From contig CAYUXY010000005.1 of NCBI GenBank assembly GCA_964449245.1, positions 1 to 53,279 of the forward strand: a stretch of 53,279 nucleotides of DNA. Direction: 5' to 3'. A program made the position numbers and the translations under genes. The DNA is from an uncultured Candidatus Saccharibacteria bacterium (lineage in GTDB: Bacteria > Patescibacteriota > Minisyncoccia > UBA6257 > GWB1-50-10). Below are positions 18,775-27,132 of the stretch, one piece after another (position 1 is the stretch's first letter; the number at the start of each line of letters is the position of its first letter). The notes under the pieces were generated by a model. The model worked only from the letters and a program-made list of their open reading frames with translations. It was not told the DNA's origin and did not search any database.

Positions 18775-18903
18775 ATTTTTATTTTAGTTCTAAGAAGACT
18801 CGACCTTTTGCGAACACGCACTACGAGCGTTTCGCATTAAAGAAATATAAAAAATTTATTTCTTATACTTTAATTATAACAAAAAAAATTTGTGGATAAC
18901 TGA

Positions 18904-19104
18904 TTATTTTTTCAAAAAAACATTTTCCGCATCTTCGCGCGAAATAAAATTCTTTTTTTCTAACTCTTCACAAACTATTTTCCTTATCAAACCTTCTAAT
19001 TCGCGCTTACTGTCTTCAGCGCGACGCATTAACTGAGATATTTGATCCGGAGTCATTCCTTTCATAAATTCAGACGCGGATTTCATTTGGTCAAAAATAC
19101 TCAT
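18904..19104 (-). CDS. Hypothetical 66-aa helical protein
   Basis: The ORF fills the gap and is co-directional with the upstream PPIase gene (3-nt spacing). No recognisable motif. Confidence 0.4.
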   Translation of the reverse strand: MSIFDQMKSASEFMKGMTPDQISQLMRRAEDSKRELEGLIRKIVCEELEKKNFISREDAENVFLKK

Positions 19105-19107
19105 TTT

Positions 19108-19734
19108 TTATTTTTCAAATATTTCGACTGAAATAATTTTTATCGGCTTTTCTGGCAAGGACATCTCCCCTGGCATATTTGGATTTGGTAAAGTTTTGGC
19201 ATTTGCAATTTCATCAACCACATCTATTCCGTTCACAACCTTGCCAAAAATCACGTAATTTTTACTTAATGCAACATCACTTTGCATTATGAAAAATTGG
19301 CTTCCATTCGTATCTGGACCGCTATTTGCCATTGCGAGCACACCGCGCACATATTCTCCAGAAAATGGTTCGTCCGGAAAAGAATATCCGGGACCGCCCG
19401 TTCCGTTACCTTTCGGATCGCCACCTTGAATCATAAAACCGCTGATAACCCTATGAAACACCGTTCCGCTATAAAATCCGGCCCTTGCAAGCGAAACAAA
19501 ATTACTTACAGTAATCGGCGTAATGTTTTCAAAAAGATCTATTGTTATATCTCCTTCCTCCGTGTGTAACACTGAACTAAAATCCTTTTCGTTAGAAATT
19601 AACGGAAACGGCAATTCATTGTTTTGCATATATTGAGATTGTTTTTCTTTAGACGGTTTGCTTGTAAATAAAAGTACCATACCCACGACAAAAACTAAAA
19701 CCAGAATAACAATTTTTATAATTATATTTTTCAT
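19108..19734 (-). CDS. ppiB: Cyclophilin-type peptidyl-prolyl cis-trans isomerase with an N-terminal membrane anchor
   Basis: FHRVISGFMIQGGDP, GPDTNGSQFFI and VFGKVVNGIDVV; N-terminal TM. Confidence 0.85.
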   Translation of the reverse strand: MKNIIIKIVILVLVFVVGMVLLFTSKPSKEKQSQYMQNNELPFPLISNEKDFSSVLHTEEGDITIDLFENITPITVSNFVSLARAGFYSGTVFHRVISGFMIQGGDPKGNGTGGPGYSFPDEPFSGEYVRGVLAMANSGPDTNGSQFFIMQSDVALSKNYVIFGKVVNGIDVVDEIANAKTLPNPNMPGEMSLPEKPIKIISVEIFEK

Positions 19735-19787
19735 GTGACTTATAATAACAAAAAAATATACTCATGAAAGAGGATAACTCAAAAAAA

Positions 19788-19813
19788 CCCCGCCACTCTA
19801 TAGAGTGGCGGGG
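19788..19813 (-). terminator. Rho-independent terminator after rpsI
   Basis: 11-bp stem ccccgccactc / gagtggcgggg with loop tata. A T-run follows on the minus strand. Confidence 0.7.
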
Positions 19814-19829
19814 ATAAATAAGTTTTATT

Positions 19830-20312
19830 CTATCGTTTTCTCCATTGCTGCGCTCTACGGGCTTTTCGCTTTCCGAATTTTTTGGTTTCCACCATTCGCG
19901 GATCTCTAGTCAAATATCCTAATGTCTTAAATTTATTTCTGATAGTCGGCATTGACTCAACGAGCGCCCTCGATATTCCTAAACGCACCGCCTCGGCTTG
20001 AGTAATCGCTCCTCCTCCTTTTACTAAAACCGTAGTTGGATACGATGATTCAATTGCGACAAAGGGGGCAACAACGGTCTTTTGTTGTTTTACCAAAGGA
20101 AAATATTTATCGAAAGAAATATCATTAATTGTAATTGAAAAATCTTTCTTTGCGCCATCTGCAAAGTGTACGCGCACTCGCGCAATAGCGGTTTTGCGCC
20201 TACCGACAAATTCAACATATCTGCCTTGCGTTTTTTTCGTAATTGCAGGTTTAGCTTTCTTTTCATCAGCAACTACGGCTTCTTTTTTCTTTGTTGTCTT
20301 TTTTGTTTCCAT
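19830..20312 (-). CDS. rpsI: 30S ribosomal protein S9 (with a Lys-rich N-terminal extension)
   Basis: GRRKTAIARV, GGGAITQAEAVRLGISRAL, LTRDPRMVETKKFGKRKARRAQQWRKR. Confidence 0.9.
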   Translation of the reverse strand: METKKTTKKKEAVVADEKKAKPAITKKTQGRYVEFVGRRKTAIARVRVHFADGAKKDFSITINDISFDKYFPLVKQQKTVVAPFVAIESSYPTTVLVKGGGAITQAEAVRLGISRALVESMPTIRNKFKTLGYLTRDPRMVETKKFGKRKARRAQQWRKR

Positions 20313-20324
20313 AGTTTTATTTAT

Positions 20325-20672
20325 TTATTCAACTATAAGCCTTCGCATTCTTTTCGCGCGCAACCTGTTTTTAGGCAACATTGAATTGACGGCGTGACGC
20401 AAAACCCAAGCCGGCTTTTTTTCAAAGACATCGGCAAACTTTTGCTCTTTTAAATGCCCGAGCGCTCCGGCGTGATGATAATACTTCTTTTCTTCGTATT
20501 TACTGCCAGAAACGGTCAGACTTGATATGTTTTTTACGCGCACACGATCTACGCCGGACAACCTTGGATTATAGGCTACGTGCTGTTTACCTTGCAGTAT
20601 AACCGCAATTTCAGAAGCAACTCTGCCAAGTCTTTTATTTTTTGCATCAATAGTATATTCCATATTATACAA
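20325..20672 (-). CDS. rplM: 50S ribosomal protein L13 (short form)
   Basis: RLGRVASEIAVILQGK...Y..H.G; 115 aa. Confidence 0.85.
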   Translation of the reverse strand: MYNMEYTIDAKNKRLGRVASEIAVILQGKQHVAYNPRLSGVDRVRVKNISSLTVSGSKYEEKKYYHHAGALGHLKEQKFADVFEKKPAWVLRHAVNSMLPKNRLRAKRMRRLIVE

Positions 20673-21015
20673 ATTCTATCGTGGCCATTTTCGACGCGTC
20701 ATGCTTCCTGACCGTAAGATGTTTAATTATGCGCGTATAACCACCTTTTCTGTTTTTATATCTCGGAGATATTTCGTTATATATCTTATATGCAGCCTTC
20801 TTAGGCAATTTACTCAAAAGGATACGAAGAGAAGCAATATCTTGTTTCTTGCCGTATGTTACAAGTCTGTCCACAATCGGTTTTAATTCCTTTGCACGAG
20901 CCTCGGTAGTGCGAATTTTTTCTCTCATAATAAGATTATTAGAGAGAACCTTTAAAAACGCTTTTCGCGGACCTCGCTTTAAACCAAGTTTTCTGCCTTT
21001 TTTTTGATGCCTCAT
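20665..21015 (-). CDS. rplQ: 50S ribosomal protein L17
   Basis: MRHQKKGRKLGLKRGPRKA...IRTTEARAKELKPIVDRLVT...GGYTRI. Confidence 0.9.
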   Translation of the reverse strand: MRHQKKGRKLGLKRGPRKAFLKVLSNNLIMREKIRTTEARAKELKPIVDRLVTYGKKQDIASLRILLSKLPKKAAYKIYNEISPRYKNRKGGYTRIIKHLTVRKHDASKMATIEFV

Positions 21016-21025
21016 AAAAATTCGT

Positions 21026-21778
21026 CTATTTTTTGGCTGAATCTTTTTTCGTCTTTGCTTTTCGTTCTTCCGGATGCGAACTTGTAACAGGAACCTCTAA
21101 TATCTTTTCAAAGTGATCTTTCAAAATACTGGCGGACTTGTGCATTGCCTCTGATGGCGTTATGGAACCGTCCGTCTCTATTTCCATTCTTAATCTGTTG
21201 TAATCGGTTTTGTTTCCAACGCGCATATTTTCAACACTCATAGAAACCCTCACTATTGGAGAAAATGCCGCATCAAGTATAATCGTTCCTACGGATAATC
21301 TTTCGGCCGTGTGATATTCTGCCGGAACGTATCCCAAACCTTTTTCCACCACGATTTCCATATCGAGCTCGGCGGATTTCTTTGTAAGAGTAGCGAGATA
21401 TAAATCTTTGTTAACCACCTCGACGAGAGGGGTCGATTGTATATCCTCGGCAAAAATCTTCTTTTCTCCCTTCACTTTTAGAGTAAGAGTTTGAGGCTGA
21501 TCCGCAAAGAAATGGAAACGCACTTTTTTCAAATTTAATGAAAATTCAACAATATCCTCAAGCATTCCGGGCAATGTCGAAAATTCATGGCTAACACCTT
21601 TAATTTTTATCTGAGTAATAGCCGAACCGGGCAATGATGAGAGAAGCGTCCTACGTAGAGCGTGCCCTATAGTAGTACCGTAACCGGTGTATAACCCATC
21701 AACATCAAAAACACCTACATTGTCTTTTTCAGAAACCTTTTCTATTTTTGCTGACTCACTTAAATATGTATATTGCAT
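21026..21778 (-). CDS. rpoA: DNA-directed RNA polymerase alpha subunit, N-terminal domain only (no alpha-CTD)
   Basis: GHALRRTLLSSLPGSAIT and RVGNKTDYNRLRMEIETDGSITPSEA match the alpha-NTD. The protein stops at 250 aa after a short Lys-rich tail, and rplQ starts 10 nt later. Confidence 0.85.
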   Translation of the reverse strand: MQYTYLSESAKIEKVSEKDNVGVFDVDGLYTGYGTTIGHALRRTLLSSLPGSAITQIKIKGVSHEFSTLPGMLEDIVEFSLNLKKVRFHFFADQPQTLTLKVKGEKKIFAEDIQSTPLVEVVNKDLYLATLTKKSAELDMEIVVEKGLGYVPAEYHTAERLSVGTIILDAAFSPIVRVSMSVENMRVGNKTDYNRLRMEIETDGSITPSEAMHKSASILKDHFEKILEVPVTSSHPEERKAKTKKDSAKK

Positions 21779-21789
21779 AATAAAATTTT

Positions 21790-22395
21790 CTAACGAGCAT
21801 AAAATTCTCCGACTAAGTTAATATCAAATGGAAACTGCGTATCTTTTATATCAAACTCATTCACACACTCGCCTTTTGCTTGAGAAGCATCGACGATTTT
21901 GAGCCACGGCGGAGTGGAATGCTTCTTTAGCCCTTCCCCTATTCCCTCAAAAACCTTAAGGCGCATAGATTCCGGACGAATAGATACCGCGTCTTTCACG
22001 CTAACATGAAAAGACGGCACAGTCACCTTTCTGCCGTTCACCGTAATATGTCCATGAGAAATGAATTGGCGCGCTATCCGAGATGATGCCGCAAATCCTA
22101 ACAAAAAGACAACTCTATCGAGACGATGTTCAAGCATCTTCACAATGTCTTCCTTGTTGGAATATTTACTGAATAAATTAGTCATCTGTCTGTTTGTTAA
22201 TCCGTACATCAATTGCACCTTCTGCTTTTCTTGAAGTTGTTTACCATATTCGGAAACTGTATGCCTCTTCTGTCCGTGCGGGCCAGGCCTATATGGTCTG
22301 CGGACCATAACACACTTCGGGGAATTGCATCTGTCCGCTTTTAAAAAAAGTTTTGCGTTTAATGATCTTTCTTTTTTTTCTTTTACTCTTTTCAT
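21790..22395 (-). CDS. rpsD: 30S ribosomal protein S4
   Basis: YGKQLQEKQKV...RLDRVVFLLGFAASSRIARQFISHGHITVNGRKVTVPS. Confidence 0.9.
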   Translation of the reverse strand: MKRVKEKKERSLNAKLFLKADRCNSPKCVMVRRPYRPGPHGQKRHTVSEYGKQLQEKQKVQLMYGLTNRQMTNLFSKYSNKEDIVKMLEHRLDRVVFLLGFAASSRIARQFISHGHITVNGRKVTVPSFHVSVKDAVSIRPESMRLKVFEGIGEGLKKHSTPPWLKIVDASQAKGECVNEFDIKDTQFPFDINLVGEFYAR

Positions 22396-22398
22396 ACT

Positions 22399-22851
22399 TT
22401 AAATTCTTCTAGTTTTTGGCGGACGCGGACCATTGTGTGGAATTGGCGTGACATCCTTAATTGAAAGGAGGTTAAAATTCTTTGCTCCAAAAGCACGCAC
22501 AGCAGAATCTCTCCCTTTTCCTACGCCGGTTATATAAACATCAACATTTACAGGGCCTGTTTTTTCCAATTTTGCCGCGATTGCGTCAGCGACCTTTGAG
22601 GCTGCAAACGGAGTCGATTTTTTTGGACCAGAAAATCCGATAGACCCTGCGGACATCCACGTTACAACATTCCCGCGCTCATCTGTTACGGTAATAATCG
22701 TATTATTATATGTGGCATTTATATAAATTCTACCTTTCTCCAATTTTCTTTTACCGCCCTGACTCGATTTTTTTTCGGAAATGGCAGTAACCTTGTCCGA
22801 TTCGGCAATTAATTCTTCTTTTGTTTTTTGTGCAACTTTTTTCTTTCCCAT
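22399..22851 (-). CDS. rpsK: 30S ribosomal protein S11
   Basis: ATYNNTIITVTDERGNVVTWMSAGSIGFSGPKKSTPFAA...GVGKGRDSAVRA. Confidence 0.9.
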   Translation of the reverse strand: MGKKKVAQKTKEELIAESDKVTAISEKKSSQGGKRKLEKGRIYINATYNNTIITVTDERGNVVTWMSAGSIGFSGPKKSTPFAASKVADAIAAKLEKTGPVNVDVYITGVGKGRDSAVRAFGAKNFNLLSIKDVTPIPHNGPRPPKTRRI

Positions 22852-22875
22852 AAATCTTCTTCTGGATTAGATTAT

Positions 22876-23259
22876 TTATTTCAAATCAACCTTTCTTTTA
22901 CCGCTTCCGGCAGTCTTTCTGACGTTGCCACGAACAGTACGCGAATTGGATTTTGTTCTCTGTCCCCTGACCGGTAAACGCTTTATATGTCTGGTTCCGC
23001 GATAACATTTAATGTCTCTCAACCTATTTATATTTTGTCTTACCGATTGTCTCAATTCGCCCTCAATTGAATAGTTTTTATCAAGCAAAGATTGTATTTT
23101 ATTTACTTCATCAGGCGTCAATGTTTTGGCTCTTTTGTTTATATCTATATTTACAGCTTCAAGAATTTTTTTAGAAGAAAAAACGCCTATTCCATATACA
23201 TAGGAAAGCGCGATTGATATTTTTTTGTCATCAGGTACGTTGACGCCACTTATACGCAT
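22876..23259 (-). CDS. rpsM: 30S ribosomal protein S13
   Basis: MRISGVNVPDDKKISIALSYVYGIG...YRGTRHIKRLPVRGQRTKSN. Confidence 0.9.
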   Translation of the reverse strand: MRISGVNVPDDKKISIALSYVYGIGVFSSKKILEAVNIDINKRAKTLTPDEVNKIQSLLDKNYSIEGELRQSVRQNINRLRDIKCYRGTRHIKRLPVRGQRTKSNSRTVRGNVRKTAGSGKRKVDLK

Positions 23260-23270
23260 ATTTTTATAAA

Positions 23271-23387
23271 TTATCCTTGTCTTTGTTTATGTTTTGGATT
23301 TTTCTTACAAATTACATAAAGCTTCCCGTCCCTCCGGACGGTCTTGCAATGCTGGCATATCTTTTTTACTGAAGCTCGAACTTTCAT
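23271..23387 (-). CDS. rpmJ: 50S ribosomal protein L36
   Basis: Below the ORF-track cutoff. Manual translation gives [38 protein letters not shown], sitting between infA and rpsM as expected. Confidence 0.9.
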   Translation of the reverse strand: MKVRASVKKICQHCKTVRRDGKLYVICKKNPKHKQRQG

Positions 23388-23392
23388 TTTTT

Positions 23393-23620
23393 TTAGAGTC
23401 TCCTTACGATTCTCCCTCTTCTGTCGTTCGGGTTAGGCATCTCAACCAACACTTTGTCGCCTGGAATTATTCGAATACGATGAATTTTCATCTTCCCGGC
23501 AGGATGACCGAGAATTTCGTGCTCATCAGAACCAAGCAGGACTTTTATTCTAAAAATTAGCCCTGGCAATGCCTCTTCAACAACACCTTCGACTCGATAT
23601 AATTTTGAATCCTGATCCAT
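23393..23620 (-). CDS. infA: Translation initiation factor IF-1
   Basis: S1-like fold: [20 protein letters not shown]...[20 protein letters not shown]...RGRIVRR. Confidence 0.9.
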   Translation of the reverse strand: MDQDSKLYRVEGVVEEALPGLIFRIKVLLGSDEHEILGHPAGKMKIHRIRIIPGDKVLVEMPNPNDRRGRIVRRL

Positions 23621-23635
23621 AAGAGAATCACCTAT

Positions 23636-23663
23636 ATTCTATAGAAAAAGGGCCGTGTGTCAA
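23636..23663 (-). promoter_or_regulatory. Putative sigma-70-type promoter of the infA ribosomal cluster
   Basis: On the minus strand: TTGACA (23663-23658), a 16-nt spacer, then TAGAAT (23641-23636). This lies about 15 nt upstream of the infA ATG. Confidence 0.45.
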
Positions 23664-23755
23664 CCCCTCTTGCATACTTGGCAATAAATATAGCGGTTTG
23701 CTTCTCGAGGCATCAGAACAACAAAACTTAGACTATGTGCTGTATTTTCCAGCAT

Positions 23756-23784
23756 TTGACAAAATAACAAGAAAAACATCTAAT
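23756..23784 (+). promoter_or_regulatory. Putative promoter of RNase P RNA
   Basis: TTGACA (23756-23761), a 17-nt spacer, then TCTAAT (23779-23784). The predicted start is about 7 nt downstream, coinciding with the P1 helix start at about 23792. Confidence 0.5.
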
Positions 23785-23791
23785 AATACAA

Positions 23792-24172
23792 GCAATTCTC
23801 GCGGTAGCTCTGGAACGGATAAATACCGATCCGGAGAGGAAAGTCCGGACTCCCATATCTGTGATCCGTAAAAAGATCCGGAGAAAAGCAGCGGGTAACT
23901 CCCGCCGAGGGAAACCTTAGAGGTGCGAGCAGAGACGCCATGCTCCGAAAGGGTCGCGTGGCGCCTTATCTGAAAACTTTTTGTTTTTTTATGAGGCGAG
24001 TCCTCCGGGTAACCGGAGGGGTGAAACGGCTAAATCCTTGCTGGGTGCAAGACCGTGTCCTTAGTACTTTCGTACGGGAAGAGTCGCTCGAGCCTAAGAG
24101 CAATCGATGGCCCAGACAAATTACCGCGCTTGCTGTATTTATCGGCAAGACAGAATCCGGCTTACGAATTGC
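23792..24172 (+). ncRNA. rnpB: RNase P RNA, bacterial type A
   Basis: Conserved GAGGAAAGTCCGGAC (CR-I/P4 5' strand) and ACAGAATCCGGCTTA (CR-V/P4 3' strand). The terminal P1 helix pairs GCAATTC (23792-23798) with GAATTGC (24166-24172). The region is GC-rich relative to its surroundings. ORFs 23940..24296 and 23966..24148 lie inside it and are spurious. Confidence 0.9.
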
Positions 24173-24184
24173 AAAAAATGTTCT

Positions 24185-24206
24185 GACCCCTCTTAACCGA
24201 GGGGTC
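24185..24206. terminator. Bidirectional terminator hairpin between rnpB and rnhA
   Basis: Stem gacccctc / gaggggtc with loop ttaacc. T-rich tracts follow on both strands. Confidence 0.6.
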
Positions 24207-24213
24207 GGTTCTT

Positions 24214-24618
24214 TTAAAATCCGGCTTTATCCAGTGCTTCGTTTACCAAAAAATCCGCTTTCTTATTTTTATCTCTCGGAATATGAACAAAAATAACTTG
24301 TTTAAAATCTACGACAAGTTTTTTCGCTGTTAAAAATAAATCTTTGAGGTTTTCGTTTTTTATTTTATAAATTCCGCTCATTTGGTTAACAATCAATTCG
24401 CTGTCGGATCTTATTTCCAAACAAGACGACTTTTTATTCTCTCCGAGCAAATCACCGGACTTTTTTAATGCGAATATTATAGCTCTGTATTCAGCCACGT
24501 TGTTCGTGGCATGACCGATATATTCCGAATATGACGAATCGCCGATAACTACGCCTATTGCAGCGTGTCCCGGGTTACCGCGCGCTCCGCCATCTGTATA
24601 AATTATTATTTTTTGCAT
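24214..24618 (-). CDS. rnhA: Ribonuclease HI
   Basis: IIIYTDGGARGNPGHAAIGVV, ATNNVAEYRAIIFAL and the C-terminal DKNKKADFLVNEA. Confidence 0.85.
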   Translation of the reverse strand: MQKIIIYTDGGARGNPGHAAIGVVIGDSSYSEYIGHATNNVAEYRAIIFALKKSGDLLGENKKSSCLEIRSDSELIVNQMSGIYKIKNENLKDLFLTAKKLVVDFKQVIFVHIPRDKNKKADFLVNEALDKAGF

Positions 24619-24619
24619 A

Positions 24620-25480
24620 TCATTTGTTAGTTTTCTGAACAGTCGCCCACGGGAATCCGCTTTTTAGAGGAATAGAAAATCCCGCTGAGCGCTTATGCCC
24701 GCCACCGCCATATTTAGCAGCAATTTTTGAAACATCAACCGCTCCATTAGAACGAAGGGACGCATGAATAATCCCCCCTTCTATATACCATACGACAGAA
24801 AACGGATGTTTAGTTTTGACTAAATTGTGAGCAAGCATACTGGTAATTCTACGCAAAGAAGAATTGACGGCATAAACGGATTTACCTTGAAATTTTACGA
24901 GCTGAGCTTTTTTCGCAACATCATTTATAGTCGCGTTTTCATATTCTTTTATTATGGAACCATATAATTTGTATTTTTTGCGTCCGGATAGAGTTTCGAT
25001 TTCTTTGACCATCGCGTCCCAAACACGAAAATCATACGGTTTTAAAAATGCATATGCCATTATCGAGTCAACATCAGCGATACTGAACCTCCATAAATCA
25101 ATATCTTCTATATATTCAAGCAATTTGGGAACCTTAAGATGCGGATGAAAATATTTCCACGCAAGAACGCTACCGGAGTGATCTAATGAAAAAACATATT
25201 CCGGAGCTTTTTTCGTGTCCGTCATACCGCTTATATGATGGTCGATAACTGTAAGACTGCTATTCTCATCTAAAAGTTTTCTTTGCGCGTCAATTGGATA
25301 GCTTACGTCAATGGCATATATGTCTGCATTTTTTGGAAATTTTAATGGCAGCTCTTGTGGAGAAACCGCTATATAATCAGCCTTATTGCCAAATTTTTTC
25401 CATGCCGAATATGCTCCCCCAAAACCATCCGGACAATCTTTATGATATAAAATAAGAACTTTTTTGCTCATGTTTATCAT
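24620..25480 (-). CDS. DHH/DHHA1-family phosphoesterase
   Basis: HKDCPDG (motif I), VIDHHISG (DHH motif) and YGGGGHKRSAGF (the DHHA1 GGGH motif). Confidence 0.7.
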   Translation of the reverse strand: MINMSKKVLILYHKDCPDGFGGAYSAWKKFGNKADYIAVSPQELPLKFPKNADIYAIDVSYPIDAQRKLLDENSSLTVIDHHISGMTDTKKAPEYVFSLDHSGSVLAWKYFHPHLKVPKLLEYIEDIDLWRFSIADVDSIMAYAFLKPYDFRVWDAMVKEIETLSGRKKYKLYGSIIKEYENATINDVAKKAQLVKFQGKSVYAVNSSLRRITSMLAHNLVKTKHPFSVVWYIEGGIIHASLRSNGAVDVSKIAAKYGGGGHKRSAGFSIPLKSGFPWATVQKTNK

Positions 25481-25547
25481 ATTATCTCAAGACATATGAA
25501 AATTCTATCGTAGTGCAATATTAGAAATAAAGAATAATAATAGAAAT

Positions 25548-26213
25548 ATGATAGAAAAACTTCCTGAGGGCATCATATTGGTAGATAAACCAAAACATAT
25601 AACGTCTTTTGACGTAATACGCATATTAAGAAAGCGACTAAAAATCAGGAAAATGGGCCATGCCGGCACGTTAGACCCATTAGCTACTGGGCTATTGATA
25701 ATTGGGGTGGGCGGAGCGACAAAATTACTCACTAATTACATCAAACTTGAGAAAACTTACGAGGCGGAGATTTTGATTGGAACACAAACAGACACCGGAG
25801 ACGTGGACGGAAAAGTAATAAAAAAATGTGTTATTCCAAAATTATCCGAGACTGACATAAGAAAAGTGTTAAGTGCGCTTATCGGAGAAAATATACTCTC
25901 CGTTCCGATGTATTCCGCAATCAAAATTGATGGCATAAAGCTTTATTCGCGGGCAAGAAAAGGAGACGTTTCCGTGGTTCCGCCTGAAAAATCGATGAAA
26001 ATATTATTAGCATCCCTAATAAAAATGGAGCCGGTTGATGACGGCCTCGTTATATCAGTTCGACTGGACGTTTCGAGCGGAACATATGTGAGAAGCATTG
26101 CCGAAGAAATCGGGCGACGGCTTCACACGTGTGCGACTATACAAAATTTGAGACGTACACGCATAGGTACATTGACTGTTGAAAATGCCGTATCTCCAGA
26201 GAAGGTTGGTTAA
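25548..26213 (+). CDS. truB: tRNA pseudouridine-55 synthase
   Basis: ILVDKPKHITSFDVIRILRK...GHAGTLDPLATGLLIIGVGGATK; 221 aa, without a PUA extension. Confidence 0.9.
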   Translation: MIEKLPEGIILVDKPKHITSFDVIRILRKRLKIRKMGHAGTLDPLATGLLIIGVGGATKLLTNYIKLEKTYEAEILIGTQTDTGDVDGKVIKKCVIPKLSETDIRKVLSALIGENILSVPMYSAIKIDGIKLYSRARKGDVSVVPPEKSMKILLASLIKMEPVDDGLVISVRLDVSSGTYVRSIAEEIGRRLHTCATIQNLRRTRIGTLTVENAVSPEKVG

Positions 26214-26247
26214 TATTTTACTATCTCGAACCATTCATAAAAACAAA

Positions 26248-26282
26248 GATCCCGCCGTTATCATATTGATTACGGCGGGATC
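26248..26282. terminator. Hairpin terminator between truB and the small acidic ORF
   Basis: 11-bp stem gatcccgccgt / acggcgggatc with a 13-nt loop. On the minus strand tttgttttta follows. Confidence 0.5.
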
Positions 26283-26304
26283 AGTTAGATTCGAGACACC
26301 TTTT

Positions 26305-26451
26305 CTATGCGGATACCTGAATATCATCCGTAGATGATGGTTGGGTTTCTGCTTCTTCTGGCGCTTTCTCTTCCAAAGGCGCCTCGGCAGGAGCCTGTTG
26401 GATATCGTTGTCCTCTTGTGGCGTTTGAGGAACTGTTGTATTTTCTTCCAT
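26305..26451 (-). CDS. Possible 48-aa acidic, Pro/Glu/Gln-rich small protein
   Basis: Manual translation gives MEENTTVPQTPQEDNDIQQAPAEAPLEEKAPEEAETQPSSTDDIQVSA*. It lies between tRNA-Lys and a terminator hairpin. There is no clear RBS and the sequence is low-complexity, so support is weak. Confidence 0.25.
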   Translation of the reverse strand: MEENTTVPQTPQEDNDIQQAPAEAPLEEKAPEEAETQPSSTDDIQVSA

Positions 26452-26535
26452 ATTTTTTTACAAAATTAAAAGCGGCTCACGACTATTGCCACACATCCTT
26501 TGTTTAACACAAAAAGTTAACTAATGCCAACTTTG

Positions 26536-26608
26536 TCCGCCCACCAGGGCTCGAACCTGGGACCGTTTGCTTAAAAGGCAACTGCTCTACCGACTGAGCT
26601 ATGGGCGG
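26536..26608 (-). tRNA. tRNA-Lys (anticodon UUU)
   Basis: Hand-folded cloverleaf: CCGCCCA TA GCTC AGTCGGTA GAGC A GTTGC CTTTTAA GCAAA CGGTC CCAGG TTCGAGC CCTGG TGGGCGG A. No CCA is encoded. Confidence 0.85.
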
Positions 26609-26726
26609 TTATAAATACAAAAATACATCAAAAACACCGCAAAAAAATTATATCCGCAAAAAAAACTAAACGCAATCGCAGCGAAAATGTACGAAACAAC
26701 AGATCTATCTCAAACTTAAATTAAAA

Positions 26727-27032
26727 CTACTGAACGATTTGAGACATCCACTCTTTATATCCCCTATTAATTCTTCGCGCATCCAGAACACCGACAAAAG
26801 GTATCGAATTCGTATGATTTTCGAGAATTAAATCTTCTATCTCCTGCACTTTAGATTCACTCGTATTTATGAGAACAGCAACTTCTTTTTCTTCTTTGAA
26901 CGCTCCCTCAAATCGATAAATTGCGCCTATTCTCCAAATATTAATACTGGCAGCGAGATTTTTTTCTATAATTTGAGCAGATAGCGATCGCGCTCCGACT
27001 TCATCCGAACATGTAGTGTAAATAAAAACCAT
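26727..27032 (-). CDS. cutA: CutA1-family divalent-cation tolerance protein
   Basis: MVFIYTTCSDEVGARSLSAQIIEKNLAASINI...YRFEGAFKEEKEVAVLINT...Y.EW. The start is taken at the internal ATG at 27032. Confidence 0.65.
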   Translation of the reverse strand: MVFIYTTCSDEVGARSLSAQIIEKNLAASINIWRIGAIYRFEGAFKEEKEVAVLINTSESKVQEIEDLILENHTNSIPFVGVLDARRINRGYKEWMSQIVQ

Positions 27033-27132
27033 TATATTATTTTTATTTCGACCTTTGTTTCTGCTACTTATTTTAAAGAGAATTCTTCTCTCGCGCACTA
27101 TAACAAAAAGAACGTGTGAAATAAGCTAACGC

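Noticed and set aside
23940-24296. 118-aa + ORF and 60-aa - ORF (23966..24148)
   Set aside because: Both lie inside the RNase P RNA gene, whose conserved CR-I and CR-V sequences and P1 helix are unambiguous.
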